Positions 18,416 through 28,957 of a stretch of 64,000 nucleotides of DNA are shown here, in pieces (the first letter of the stretch is position 1; each line of letters opens with the position of its first letter). The position numbers and the translations under genes are program-made. The notes under the pieces were generated by a model. That model searched no databases. It was not told the origin of the DNA and saw only the letters and a list, made by a program, of their open reading frames with translations. The DNA comes from Candidatus Poribacteria bacterium (GTDB lineage Bacteria; Poribacteria; WGA-4E; WGA-3G), in NCBI GenBank assembly GCA_965242965.1, contig OZ251518.1, positions 2,464,001 through 2,528,000 of the forward strand, read 5' to 3'.

Positions 18416-19921
18416 TTAATGTGTGCTTTCGCGATGCGTCATCGGACACCACCGAGACATGAGGAGATAATCAAACAGTGCCGATTCCGCTGCCGGCGTG
18501 CCGATGCGTTTCAATGCGAGGACAGAGTTGTCCCGGACATACCGATTCCCGTCGCGCAAGGCATCTGCCAATACAGGGATTGCGTCGCTTGAAGCGGGTC
18601 CAATCTGTGCCAACGCCAACGCCGCGTCAAACCGCACCTGCTCATCGGAATCAGATGCCAGCATGTTACTCAACACGGGCACTGCCTTGGATGCCGCGGG
18701 CCCGATGCTTCCCAGCGCGTCCACACTGTAGCGACGCACCTCGACGACGCTGTCTTCCGCACGCGCCATCAGCGCGGGCACTGCGGTGTGCGCCGGGCTT
18801 CCTATCTGTGCGAGCGCATAGGCACTCTCAACGCGCGCCGCGTCTTCTCCTTCGTCCAATGCCTCGCTTAACGCCGGCACCGCGGCTTCGCCCACCGCGC
18901 CCAATGCATACGCCGCCATCCGTCGCGTCTGCTCGTTTTCAGCACCGAGTGTTTCTATCAGTTTCGGCACAGCAGGTTCGCCGATGGCACCTAACGCGTA
19001 AGCGGCGTTTAAACGCACCGGTTCATAAGTCTCGTGCAATGCGGTGATGAGCATCGGCACTGCCTCTGCAGCCGATTCGCCTAGCAATCCCAGTTCGTCC
19101 GCTGCGCGCGAACGCACTGCTGGATTCTCATCGCGCAATGATGCGAGGTGAGATGCAAGGTTTCCGTTGGCAGTTGCAGCAGATTGCCCATTTTTCTCGC
19201 CTGTCATCCAATTCCAAACGTGCCGCCACGTTCCCTCGTGCGTCACCGCCGCGGCCCCACCGTTCTCCGGAGGTTTCCCCGTATCCCAATTCGGATGCAC
19301 TACGTTCCACTCAGGACTTGTAGGTTCGTCCATTCGGATGAATTGGAACTTCATCATATACCGCGTTTTGTCGGTGCGGTTCGCCATGGCCCGATGCCAC
19401 AAATCGAAGTGGATGAGCGTTACCGTGCCTGCCTCGCCACTCATCGGCAATTCACCCTCACTGTTTTCTGTGATGCGGGTGCTGTAATACTGCGTCCCCG
19501 GTAGGATTGACGAGGGCCCGAGCTCAAGCGGCGCATCCTGCGGATAATAAAACGCCATCGCCCAACGGGGCCGGTGGTGCCGCACTTTGTTGTAGCCCCA
19601 ATAACTATCCTTGTGAAACCCCTGTCCATCGCTATGTGGACGGTTCTGATGCGGATGCCGATGCGAATGCATGACATAATTCTCGCCGAGGATGCTCGTC
19701 AACGCGCCGCGCACAGCAGGCTCCTCGAAAACCGCTTGCAATTCAGGGACGCGCGGCAAGATGTTATTGCCCAAATTCCCCTCTTTGGCAGTCAGTTCCT
19801 GCGTTTTGCGATAGATAGTCTCATGAAAACTGCGCGGTAACGCTGCTTTCACCGTGACATATCCGTTGACGATGAAATCGCGCATCTGTGTATCTGTGAA
19901 AAGATGTGAATTGGCTTGCAT
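18416..19921 (-). CDS. Phytanoyl-CoA dioxygenase (PhyH) family domain fused to HEAT/PBS-lyase repeats
   Basis: HxD in 'FHKDS' and distal His in 'LWHRA'; repeated 'VR..AA.ALG.IG.PAVP.L'; start ATG 19921 with GGAGA RBS. Confidence 0.88.
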   Translation of the reverse strand: MQANSHLFTDTQMRDFIVNGYVTVKAALPRSFHETIYRKTQELTAKEGNLGNNILPRVPELQAVFEEPAVRGALTSILGENYVMHSHRHPHQNRPHSDGQGFHKDSYWGYNKVRHHRPRWAMAFYYPQDAPLELGPSSILPGTQYYSTRITENSEGELPMSGEAGTVTLIHFDLWHRAMANRTDKTRYMMKFQFIRMDEPTSPEWNVVHPNWDTGKPPENGGAAAVTHEGTWRHVWNWMTGEKNGQSAATANGNLASHLASLRDENPAVRSRAADELGLLGESAAEAVPMLITALHETYEPVRLNAAYALGAIGEPAVPKLIETLGAENEQTRRMAAYALGAVGEAAVPALSEALDEGEDAARVESAYALAQIGSPAHTAVPALMARAEDSVVEVRRYSVDALGSIGPAASKAVPVLSNMLASDSDEQVRFDAALALAQIGPASSDAIPVLADALRDGNRYVRDNSVLALKRIGTPAAESALFDYLLMSRWCPMTHRESTH

Positions 19922-19971
19922 GATGAATCTCCTTTTTGGAACGCCGCTCCTATCTGTAATCAAAAATGGGC

Positions 19972-20132
19972 ATCGAGACAGGGATGTCTCTCCTACCATG
20001 CACCGATCGCGGGGGACAGGCCCCCGCGCTACGGGGGGCATCGAAACCGGGATGTCTCTCCTACTATGCACCGATCGCGGGGGACAGGCCCCCGCGCTAC
20101 GGGGGACATCAAAACCGGGATGTCTCTCCTAC
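19972..20132. repeat. REP-like tandem units
   Basis: About 2.5 copies of a ~69-bp unit 'catcgaaaccgggatgtctctcctac...cgcgggggacaggcccccgcgctac'. Confidence 0.85.
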
Positions 20133-20276
20133 CCTATTCGTAATCAAAAATGGACGGCATTCAGCCGTTCTGTAACTATTCACTATTTTACTTGACTTTA
20201 ACTTAAATGTCATGTATTTTTTTAATATCAGATTTTTCTCTTTTTTGAAGGTGCCTTACGAGGAGGATACGTCAAA

Positions 20277-21086
20277 ATGGAAATTCTAACGCAATTGCAG
20301 AAACAGCAGTGGCACGAGCAGGGATACCTCGTCTTGAAAAATGTCCTCTCCGTTGAGGAGGTCCAACGGCTGACCGCGGTGGTAGATGCGATGGACGCTG
20401 AATTCCGCCTCGGCGAGAATATCAACGCCGATGCGGTTTTTGACAAACGCAACGTTATGGAAGATAACGATATCTTCGTTTCGCTGATGGCTCATCGCGT
20501 TACCTTCCCGATAGTGCTCGAGTTGCTGGGGCCTTACATCCAACTGAGCATGTCCGAAGTCATCGTGCGGCCGCCGAATCCGAAGGATAAAGGGTATCTT
20601 CACACCGATGGCGGCCAAGCGATGCGCGGCATCCGGGTTAGCGAGACGAGTTGGCCGCTTCAGGTTAAGATTCACTATTTCCTGACAGACTTGGATAATC
20701 CCGACAGCGGAAATTTCACCGTTGTGCCCGGGAGTCACAATCGTCCATTTCCAGAGGAAGGCGTTCCGGATGGCCCCTATATCCCCGAAGCGGTGCAATT
20801 GCGCGTCAAAGCCGGTGATGCCGCAGTCTTCCCACACGCGTTATGGCACGGTGTCGTTGGAAATAAATCGGCGCAGCCGCGCAAGACGCTTATCTACTGC
20901 TATAGCCACCACTGCTTCCGGCCGTTTGATTACGAGAAGGCATCGCCGGAACTTTTGGCACGTTGCACGCCGCGCCAACGCCGATTAATCGGAGACATCG
21001 GCGATTGGAAACCGGGAGCATATTTCTATTCACCGGCAGACCAGGGGGAGTTAATTCTCGGACAGGAAAAGGATAACTTACCTTGA
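20277..21086 (+). CDS. Phytanoyl-CoA dioxygenase (PhyH) family protein
   Basis: 'LHTDGG', 'GNFTVVPGSH', 'KAGDAAVF..ALWHG'. Confidence 0.9.
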   Translation: MEILTQLQKQQWHEQGYLVLKNVLSVEEVQRLTAVVDAMDAEFRLGENINADAVFDKRNVMEDNDIFVSLMAHRVTFPIVLELLGPYIQLSMSEVIVRPPNPKDKGYLHTDGGQAMRGIRVSETSWPLQVKIHYFLTDLDNPDSGNFTVVPGSHNRPFPEEGVPDGPYIPEAVQLRVKAGDAAVFPHALWHGVVGNKSAQPRKTLIYCYSHHCFRPFDYEKASPELLARCTPRQRRLIGDIGDWKPGAYFYSPADQGELILGQEKDNLP

Positions 21087-22999
21087 TGCAACAACGCACC
21101 CACTCCAGCCTTTCCGCGCGAGCCGTGATTATCGGGCTCGTCTGCGCTACTACCGAATGCCTGCTCGCGCCCTATAACGATTACGTTATCCGCAACATCT
21201 TCCTCGCAGGCGGACACTTTCCGGTCGCGCCCTTCTTTGTGCTGACTGTTTTCGTGCTCGGCATCAACGTCCTGTTAAAACAGTTCCGCCCATCTGCCGC
21301 GCTTTCCACCGGCGAACTTGTCACGATTTGGTGCATCATGCTCGCCCCGGCAGGCATCCCGTCTTCCGGGATGATGCGCTATGCTCTCAGCCCGATGGTG
21401 GCTTACCAATATCTCGCCACACCGGAAAATGACTGGGAGGCACTCTTTTCTCACTATATCCCGCAGTGGCGTATCGTGCGCGACCCGACGGCTGCAAGTG
21501 CCTTTTATGAAGGCTTGTTCGCAGGCGAATCCGTGCCATGGGGCCCGTGGATAACCCCCATCCTCGTTTGGAGTGCCTACGTCCTCGTTATCTATTTCGT
21601 GATGATCTGCCTTTCAGTGCTTCTGCGCAAGCAGTGGGTGGAATATGAACGCTGCGCCTTTCCACTCGTGAAACTCCCCGTAGAAATGGCGGCGCAAGGC
21701 ACTGGACGGCTCGGACCGGTTTTTAAGAACAGCGCGCTCTGGTTCGGATTCGCGTTCCCGGTATTCCTGCATACCATGAATGGACTCCACACGTTCTTCC
21801 CTTCAATGCCGCATGTGCCGCGCGACTTTTGGCTGAACCCCTATCTCACGGAAAGACCATGGAACTCGCTCCGGCCGTTCCAAATCGTTATCTTCTGGTC
21901 GATGGTAGGATTCAGTTATCTGCTCACCTTGGAGGTATCGTTCAGCATCTGGTTCTTCTTCGTGTTTTACAAACTGCAATGCCTCATCGGCGCGATACTC
22001 GGTTTCCAACTCAGTTCGGGTCCGGGGGTTCAGTGGACAGGCAAGTCGTTTAGCGCGGCACAAGAAGCAGGCGCGTGCCTGGCGTTTGTCGCCATCGCGC
22101 TGTGGAAAACGCGGCATCACATAAAAAACATGCTCCAATTTCGGAAATCAGATGAGGCACTGCCCCACAGCGTCACTATCATCGGCCTCCTCGGTGGTAT
22201 CTGCGTCCTCGCTTTTTTCAACCATCTGATGGGCATGTCGCTCTTCTTCGCGTTCGGGTTTGTGCTGTTCCTGCTGGCGATGTATGTCGTGCTGACATGG
22301 CAGGTGATTAACGGCGGTATCCCGTTTATCAATCCCTCGTTTTCGCCGCAGAGTTTTTTCCTTACCACACTCGGCACCTCACGCATCCATCCTTCAACGG
22401 TAACCTCGCTGATGATGCACCCGGTCTGCCTGACACTCGATCTTCGTGAATTCATGATGCCGAACATCATGAACGGGCTGAAAGCGGCTGACGATGCGCG
22501 CCTCAAACGGCGACAACTGCTCATCGCCATGGCGGTTGCGATGGTAATCGGGCTCGCTGTCTCCTATTACTCGGCGATAAGAATCAGTTATGCCCACGGT
22601 GCGCCCTATACCGGCGGCAGTTGGTTCATGCGGCAACTTGAAGGCCTCCTTACCAGCCCGAAAACAAGCACGAATTGGACGAACACCGGGTTCATCTTTG
22701 TAGGGAGCGGCGTTACGCTGTGGTTGATGTGGATGCGTCAAACGTTCGTGTGGTGGCCCCTCCACCCGCTCGGCTATACGATGCTGAGCTCGTGGGCAAC
22801 GTTTAAGTTGTGGTTTTCAATCTTTTTAGGGTGGGGATTGAAGTTTACTATCGTCAAATACGGTGGATTGAAGGCGTACCGGCAAGCGCGCCCTGTCTTC
22901 CTCGGCTTAGTCATCGGAGAGATGACGTGCGCCGGACTCTGGGCAATCCTTGGAATGATTACGGGGATTAGCACGGGGTATCGGATTTTGCCGGATTAA
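21086..22999 (+). CDS. Multi-pass membrane protein, putative transporter (DUF6785/DUF6784-like)
   Basis: About 637 aa, hydrophobic; 'LRKQWVEYERCAFP' and 'WWPLHPLGY'; ATG overlaps the upstream TGA. Confidence 0.75.
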   Translation: MQQRTHSSLSARAVIIGLVCATTECLLAPYNDYVIRNIFLAGGHFPVAPFFVLTVFVLGINVLLKQFRPSAALSTGELVTIWCIMLAPAGIPSSGMMRYALSPMVAYQYLATPENDWEALFSHYIPQWRIVRDPTAASAFYEGLFAGESVPWGPWITPILVWSAYVLVIYFVMICLSVLLRKQWVEYERCAFPLVKLPVEMAAQGTGRLGPVFKNSALWFGFAFPVFLHTMNGLHTFFPSMPHVPRDFWLNPYLTERPWNSLRPFQIVIFWSMVGFSYLLTLEVSFSIWFFFVFYKLQCLIGAILGFQLSSGPGVQWTGKSFSAAQEAGACLAFVAIALWKTRHHIKNMLQFRKSDEALPHSVTIIGLLGGICVLAFFNHLMGMSLFFAFGFVLFLLAMYVVLTWQVINGGIPFINPSFSPQSFFLTTLGTSRIHPSTVTSLMMHPVCLTLDLREFMMPNIMNGLKAADDARLKRRQLLIAMAVAMVIGLAVSYYSAIRISYAHGAPYTGGSWFMRQLEGLLTSPKTSTNWTNTGFIFVGSGVTLWLMWMRQTFVWWPLHPLGYTMLSSWATFKLWFSIFLGWGLKFTIVKYGGLKAYRQARPVFLGLVIGEMTCAGLWAILGMITGISTGYRILPD

Positions 23000-23032
23000 T
23001 ACAAAAAACGGACGGATAGAAAAATTTGCACA

Positions 23033-23842
23033 TTACGCGGACAAGATGCGCTCCATTCTCGCTTGCACCTGCGCTTTCATCTCAGGGTGTGTGAAAATGT
23101 AGAAATCGCCGTTCTGGATGGCGCGATAGACATGTTCCGCTACTTCTGCAGGCGATATCCCCGCCTCCATCTCGGCGCGGGCATTCCGGGAGCTGCCTAT
23201 TTGCGTCGCGTCCGATGACTGCGGCCGGTTCCGTTCTGAATCCAGAATGCCGGTGCGCACCCAGCCCGGACACAGCACATGCACCTGAATCTTCGCGCCT
23301 TTTTGCGCCAATTCAGCGGCGAGGGTTTCGGAAAGCGCGACTACGCCGTGTTTGCTTACCTTATAGATGCCTTCGCCCGCGCCGCCGACTAATCCCAAAA
23401 TCGAGGCGGTGTTAACGATATGACATTCAGTCTCTTGCGCGAGCATGCGCGGCACAAACGCACGGATGCCGTGAATGACACCCCACAGGTTCACGCCGAG
23501 CACCCATTCCCAATCGGCGAGGGAATGCTCCCACACGGGGCGACTGCAAACGACACCAGCGTTGTTGCACAAAATATGCACCGCGCCGAAAGTCTCCAAC
23601 GTCTGTTTTGCTAGGTTTTTGACATCAGCGGCGTTGGAGACATCGGTTTTGACAGCGATAACTGTTGCGCCAGCGGCGGTAAGAGAAGCCGTAACTTCTG
23701 CTAATGGCTGCTCTTCCACATCGGCGAGGACAACCTTCATGCCTTCGGCGGCGAATCGTTCCGCCATCGCCCGGCCGATGCCGCTCGCGGCACCGGTGAC
23801 GACAGCAACTTTCTCTTTTTGAGGAGAAGTTGTATGATTCAT
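23033..23842 (-). CDS. Short-chain dehydrogenase/reductase (SDR)
   Basis: 'TGAASGIG', 'NNAG', YxxxK in 'YKVSK'. Confidence 0.93.
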   Translation of the reverse strand: MNHTTSPQKEKVAVVTGAASGIGRAMAERFAAEGMKVVLADVEEQPLAEVTASLTAAGATVIAVKTDVSNAADVKNLAKQTLETFGAVHILCNNAGVVCSRPVWEHSLADWEWVLGVNLWGVIHGIRAFVPRMLAQETECHIVNTASILGLVGGAGEGIYKVSKHGVVALSETLAAELAQKGAKIQVHVLCPGWVRTGILDSERNRPQSSDATQIGSSRNARAEMEAGISPAEVAEHVYRAIQNGDFYIFTHPEMKAQVQARMERILSA

Positions 23843-24409
23843 TTATTCAAAAAATTTCGCCACCTCACAGGAAAAGCCTTCAACGACATCTTCACCGGTG
23901 AGGGTATCTCCGTCCATGAGGAGTTTGTAAGTGCCGGGTTGATATACAGCCACCGTATTCAACACCGGGTCGAGCACCCAAACCATTGAGGTGCCGGCAT
24001 CTAGGTAGGCTTGCACCTTCTCCGAAACGCCCGATTGCGTATCTGTGGGCGAAACTACCTCAATCGCCAGGTCTGGCGGCACAGGGGAGGCTTTTTTTCT
24101 ATTTTTAGGCAGGCGCGCTGTCGAAACAAACGCGACATCTGGCATCAACACGCGTTCCCCGACTTGGAAACCGGTATCTGACGTATAGACGCGTCCCAAT
24201 TGATTCTCGCGGATGTGCGACAGCAGATGCCAAAACATATTCGCTCCAATGTCCCCGTGTTCTAACGACGTAGGCGACATAGGGATTAATTCTCCTTTGA
24301 TGTATTCGTATCCCTCTAAGTCGCTGGCAAGAAATTCCTCTAACGTCATCGTGATAGGTGCCGGCGGCGGCATTTCTTGCGCGAAGGGATGCAGTTCAGG
24401 TGAAGTCAT
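23843..24409 (-). CDS. Uma2 family (PD-(D/E)xK) endonuclease-fold protein
   Basis: 'YEYIKGELIPM', 'PDVAFV', 'PDLAIEVVSP', 'YLDAGTSMVWVLDP'. Confidence 0.9.
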   Translation of the reverse strand: MTSPELHPFAQEMPPPAPITMTLEEFLASDLEGYEYIKGELIPMSPTSLEHGDIGANMFWHLLSHIRENQLGRVYTSDTGFQVGERVLMPDVAFVSTARLPKNRKKASPVPPDLAIEVVSPTDTQSGVSEKVQAYLDAGTSMVWVLDPVLNTVAVYQPGTYKLLMDGDTLTGEDVVEGFSCEVAKFFE

Positions 24410-24439
24410 GAGTTTGTCCTTCCTTATCATTTAAGCCGA

Positions 24440-25006
24440 CTATTCAAAAAATTTCGCCACCTCACAGGAGAAGCCTTCAATGACATCTTCGCCTGTAAGC
24501 GTGTCGCTGCCAGAGAGATGTTTGACTGCCTGAACTGGGCGGTAAACCGTTACCGTCTGCATCACAGATTCAACAATCCATACCATCTGTGTTCCGGCAT
24601 CCATATATGCTTGGACTTTTTCCAAAACCTTCCACAGAGTATCCGTTGGAGAAATCACTTCAACCGCCAACTCTGGTGGCGCGGGCGAAGGATGCCTGCC
24701 TTCCTCTGGCAGCTGGGCAGTGGAGAGAAACGCGACATCGGGTTTCAGGACGCGTTCGCCGACCCGGAATCCGCCTTCCGAGACGACGCTTCCCAACCGA
24801 TTCTCACGGACATGCCGCTGCAAATACCAAGAAACGTTGCTACTTATCTTCGCATGCTCCCACGATGGAGAGGACATAGGGACTAATTCTCCTTTGACGT
24901 ATTCGTATCCCTCTAAGTCGCTGGCAAGAAATTCCTCTAACGTCATCGTGATGGGTGCCGGCGGCGGCATTTCTTGCGCGAAGGGATGCAGTTCGGGTGA
25001 AGTCAT
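24440..25006 (-). CDS. Uma2 family endonuclease-fold protein (tandem paralog)
   Basis: Same motifs; first ~45 aa and the C-terminus are almost identical to the neighbour; start ATG 25006 with AAGGAAGGA RBS. Confidence 0.9.
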   Translation of the reverse strand: MTSPELHPFAQEMPPPAPITMTLEEFLASDLEGYEYVKGELVPMSSPSWEHAKISSNVSWYLQRHVRENRLGSVVSEGGFRVGERVLKPDVAFLSTAQLPEEGRHPSPAPPELAVEVISPTDTLWKVLEKVQAYMDAGTQMVWIVESVMQTVTVYRPVQAVKHLSGSDTLTGEDVIEGFSCEVAKFFE

Positions 25007-25043
25007 GCTTTTGTCCTTCCTTACGCATTGTTTTTTTACAATT

Positions 25044-25072
25044 ATTATACACGAAATTGCAACGCGTGTCAA
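25044..25072 (-). promoter_or_regulatory. Consensus sigma70 promoter for the Uma2-Uma2-SDR genes
   Basis: Minus strand TTGACA-17 bp-TATAAT. Confidence 0.75.
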
Positions 25073-25094
25073 TGTAAAAAAGTGCATCCATCGC

Positions 25095-25785
25095 TCAGGT
25101 CCTACGGACCTAGAAGAGGTGTTTGATAGACCGAAGCATGGCGAGGGACAGGCCCTCGCCCTACGGGGAGGGGGCCGTTTTTCAGTCAAGAAGATGTCCC
25201 GTTACCGTAGCGCGGGGGCCTGTCCCCCGCGATCGTTCGATAGCCCGCAGCATGGCGAGGGACAGGCCATCGCCCTACGGTGATAGGGGCCGTTCTGTCA
25301 AGAAGATGTCCGGTTACCGTAGCGCGGGGGCCTGTCCCCCGCGATGCCTCTAGGTGTCTGAATCAGGATTCACAAGATTCTAGGATTTGCAGGATTATCT
25401 CCCGCGCGGCGGCGAAATCGCTTTTGAAAAAAACGTCTCTTCAGGTCCTTTAGGTCCTGCATGTCTATAGAAAAACGTGTCGGCCCGTTTTCAAGGTCCT
25501 TTAGGTCCTTAATAACACGCGAGCCAGGCGTTGCGGCTGCACATTAAGGTCCTACAGACCTTAAGAGCCTTCGCGGCGCGAGGAGCTATAGACATTTAGG
25601 TCCTACGGACCTAAAAGAGCGATTTGATAGATCGCAGCACGGCGAGGGACAGGCCCTCGCCCTACGATAAAGGGGGCCGTTTTTCGGCCAAGAACCCCTC
25701 CGGTTACCGTAGCGCGGGGGCCTGTCCCCCGCGATCGTTCGATAGACCGGAGCATGGCGAGGGACAGGCCCTCGCCCTACGGTGA
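25095..25785. repeat. Large REP/BIME-like cluster
   Basis: Multiple GTAG hairpins, AGGTCCTACGGACCT-type palindromes and a ~170-bp duplicated block (~25096 and ~25598). Confidence 0.88.
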
Positions 25786-25803
25786 GGGGGGGGCGGTTTT
25801 TCC

Positions 25804-28800
25804 CTACGCGGAAAGGGAAGGCAACTCCCCAACCAACCGCACCGTCTCTTCACTAACACGCATCACTTGCCCGACCAACCGAACGATATATTGCCCATCT
25901 TCACCATTCGGATCGGAGACAAGACCACTCCCATTTGGATCGGGTTTGACGCGATAGCGATCGATGAGCCATTCTAATGCCGAACGAGTGCCCAAACGAT
26001 AATCAAATACCTCTGGCGGAATATCCACTACCGTCAGAGATTCATTGTAGCGGAGTTGCGTCTTGTCTTTGGATAATTCCATCTTCTCGACGCGCCAATT
26101 GAGCGGCGGGGTTTCGATGAGGTTAGGCATCACGTCAAGGGTTTCATAGTTGACGTGCAAGTCTGCCAAAGCACGCCCGATGTTCACGAATCCCCAGAAA
26201 TCCGGCGCGAAAGGCAGATGCGGCAAGTCGTGCTTGAGGTTGACCTGATATGTCTCGCGATAATCAGGATGATGCAAAAGCGCGTAATTGTAGTGGAAAA
26301 TGTCCCATTTGGTGATGGTTTCGTCGCCGTAGTGCGTTCGGAAATGGGACAATGCCCAATCGGTGATGTTTTCTCGGCGGTTGGTGCCATCCTCGTCGTA
26401 GATATAGAAGGGAAAGCACTGGTCTGCATCAAGCGTAATCAATGCAGTATTCGGGATGACATTTGTCATACAACACCAAAACGGCGCACGGCCCCCAGGA
26501 CCAGGGACACAAATCACGCGATTCTCCTCTTCGGTTTGAGGTGTTGGAAAAATAGAGGGCATCCCGTAAACCCTTTGGATCATCAACCTGTCAAAATAGA
26601 GATGCATTTTTGTGAATGGACGATACAGGGACATGCGAATCTTTTCGGGCGAAAACTCGACCCGCGTTCCTTTTTCCAATGCTGCTTTCAGCCGGTCTGT
26701 CCACTTAATTTGGGCGCGGTCAGCGTTCACAAAATCGTTGACAGAGAGCTGCCTGTCGGTGCGGCGTTCCCACCGAGACGTTTCGGCGTTGTAGAACTCT
26801 ATCATCCGCTGCATGTTTTCTACCAACTGTTCCTTCCTGAAATGATACACCCATGCATCGCGGCTCGTGGAAACACCGAGGCTGTAAGTTTTAAAAATCG
26901 TGCCTTCTGTCTCGCCTTTCGCCGCCTTTGCCGCTTTGGTGCCCATCGGGAGGAACGTGTTAAAGTCGGTTGCAAGTCCCTCGGTGAGCCATATCTGACG
27001 CGCGCTCGGCTGAATCTCGCGCCACTTGACATTGCCGAGGTGTGCGTTTTCTGTGAGAAATTGGAACGTGCGCTCTTTCGGGAGTGCCGCCGCCTCATCG
27101 CTATAGCGGATACGCGCGCTGCCCTCGCGCGGCTGCCCCGTTTTCACGAAGAAGTTAATGCTCACCCCAACGGTAATGCCGAACACATTCGCAGTGCCGG
27201 GTTGGCCCTTGCGAATGTTGCCACCGAGGTCCAGCATGTAAAGCCAGTCAAATTCCTCGGCGAGGCATTGCCGCAAGCCATCAAACTGCTTCGCGTCAAT
27301 GAAACTATTATTCGTTATCACCGCAATGATGCCGGCTTCGCGGATTTTATCCGATGCCCAGCGGAGGGATTTGACATAAGGATCGTAGAGCTTGTTGTTC
27401 AACTGTGCGGTGGAGGCGGCGACGTAGGTGGCGCGCACACGGTTATCCACTGCCTCGTGTTGCCGGTTCTGATTGTTATCGTTTTCGTTCTGCTGTCCGG
27501 CGTTGTAGGGCGGATTCCCGATGACAACGAACATCGGTGTCTCCTTTTGCTCTCGAACGCGCATCGTATTCTCTGGCGTAAAATAGGCGAATTCGCCGGT
27601 CTGATTCGGCGCATCCATGAGCCCGAAAGTATCAAACGTATCCACGAAGCAGATGTGCTTGAAGGGTTCGTATCGCCCCATTTTTTCATAATAGGCGTGC
27701 TCAATGTTCATCGTGGCGATGTAGTAAGGCAACAACATTACCTCGTTGCAGTGGAGTTCGCCTTTATACTTCTTGTCCAGCGCGATGCCGGGGATGTCTT
27801 GCATCAGGCGGACGATGAAGTTGCCGGTGCCCACAAACGGGTCGATGATATGAACCCCTGTATCGGCCAGCGATTTGCCGAAATGGGTTTTCAGGAGATG
27901 CTGAACGCTGTTCACCATGAAATCGACGATGGGCTGCGGCGTGTAGACAACGCCGTGTCTATCGGCATCCTTGACAGAGAAATCTTGGAAGAAGCGTTGG
28001 TAGAGCGTGTTGAGAAAATCTTGCTTCTGAGAATAATCGGTGAGCGTCCGCGCCGTATTTTCAATCGCGTCGTAAAAAGGGTTGAGTTCTCTGAAGAACT
28101 GGTCTCTGTCAAAGGCGTATCGCGTGAGGACATCGATGACGCTCTCAATCTCGCGGGCGATGATATTGCGTCGGGTGAAGTCGCGGTTGCTGAAAATCGT
28201 GGCGAAGATACGTTCCGTCATGAGGTGTTGCGTGAGCATCCGTTCGACTTCTGCCTCGGCGAGATTCGGGTTGATTGCGTCTCGGCACTGCTGATGGAAG
28301 TTCGCGAACGCGTCTCGGAATTCGGGGGTATTCTGGCGTTCGGTTTGGATGAGTGCTTCAAGTTTCGCGCCGAGCTGAGGAATGGTATCTTGGAAGGTAT
28401 TGACAGCGGCATCCCACTCGGCGAGATTCTCCGCCGTGTAGGCGAAGAAGGTTTCAAGGAGTTGGATGAGATCGCGCGGCTCGGTGATGTCTACATCCAA
28501 GATAAGCGCGCCGTTTTGATAGAGGATTGCGCGGTTCGGGGTTTGGAAGATGATGTTTTTGGCGGGATAGCCCGTGGCAAATTTCTGTTGTGCTTCAGCG
28601 GGTAGATCATCGAGGAGATCTTTCGCCTCCCAGTGGCCGAAGATGAGTCCGAAGTCGGTGACGATTTCGCCATCGATGCGGATGTGGTTTCCGTTGGGGG
28701 TGGTGCGCGTCTTTTCGCATATCAGCGTGAGGTTGCGTTGTCCGCAGTAGTATTGCAGGAGCGTTTGGAAGGCGACGCGGACGGCACCTTCATGTTGCGC

Positions 28801-28875
28801 GCCGAGTTTCGCATAACGTTCAAGCTCAGCGTAATAGTTTTTTATGGGTTTGTGTGTCGGTTTGATGTTCAGCAT
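25804..28875 (-). CDS. Single-chain restriction-modification enzyme: nuclease, N6-MTase and Type ISP-like C-terminal specificity domain, with no helicase
   Basis: About 1023 aa; 'IRIDG...HWEAKD'; 'GVVYTPQPIVDFMV'; 'DPFVGTG'; 'GNPPY'; 'YRPFTK', 'RRENITDWAL', 'RSALEWLIDRY'; start ATG 28875. Confidence 0.87.
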   Translation of the reverse strand: MLNIKPTHKPIKNYYAELERYAKLGAQHEGAVRVAFQTLLQYYCGQRNLTLICEKTRTTPNGNHIRIDGEIVTDFGLIFGHWEAKDLLDDLPAEAQQKFATGYPAKNIIFQTPNRAILYQNGALILDVDITEPRDLIQLLETFFAYTAENLAEWDAAVNTFQDTIPQLGAKLEALIQTERQNTPEFRDAFANFHQQCRDAINPNLAEAEVERMLTQHLMTERIFATIFSNRDFTRRNIIAREIESVIDVLTRYAFDRDQFFRELNPFYDAIENTARTLTDYSQKQDFLNTLYQRFFQDFSVKDADRHGVVYTPQPIVDFMVNSVQHLLKTHFGKSLADTGVHIIDPFVGTGNFIVRLMQDIPGIALDKKYKGELHCNEVMLLPYYIATMNIEHAYYEKMGRYEPFKHICFVDTFDTFGLMDAPNQTGEFAYFTPENTMRVREQKETPMFVVIGNPPYNAGQQNENDNNQNRQHEAVDNRVRATYVAASTAQLNNKLYDPYVKSLRWASDKIREAGIIAVITNNSFIDAKQFDGLRQCLAEEFDWLYMLDLGGNIRKGQPGTANVFGITVGVSINFFVKTGQPREGSARIRYSDEAAALPKERTFQFLTENAHLGNVKWREIQPSARQIWLTEGLATDFNTFLPMGTKAAKAAKGETEGTIFKTYSLGVSTSRDAWVYHFRKEQLVENMQRMIEFYNAETSRWERRTDRQLSVNDFVNADRAQIKWTDRLKAALEKGTRVEFSPEKIRMSLYRPFTKMHLYFDRLMIQRVYGMPSIFPTPQTEEENRVICVPGPGGRAPFWCCMTNVIPNTALITLDADQCFPFYIYDEDGTNRRENITDWALSHFRTHYGDETITKWDIFHYNYALLHHPDYRETYQVNLKHDLPHLPFAPDFWGFVNIGRALADLHVNYETLDVMPNLIETPPLNWRVEKMELSKDKTQLRYNESLTVVDIPPEVFDYRLGTRSALEWLIDRYRVKPDPNGSGLVSDPNGEDGQYIVRLVGQVMRVSEETVRLVGELPSLSA

Positions 28876-28957
28876 TGTTTTTCCTCCGTGTTTTGGGGTT
28901 ATGAGCATTTTAACGTAAATCAAGATAAATTGCAAGGGAAAAAACGGGGCATGAAAC

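Noticed and set aside
26155-28605. 816-aa plus-strand ORF
   Set aside because: It lies entirely antisense to the motif-rich R-M gene and has no recognisable motifs; it is a shadow ORF produced by codon bias.
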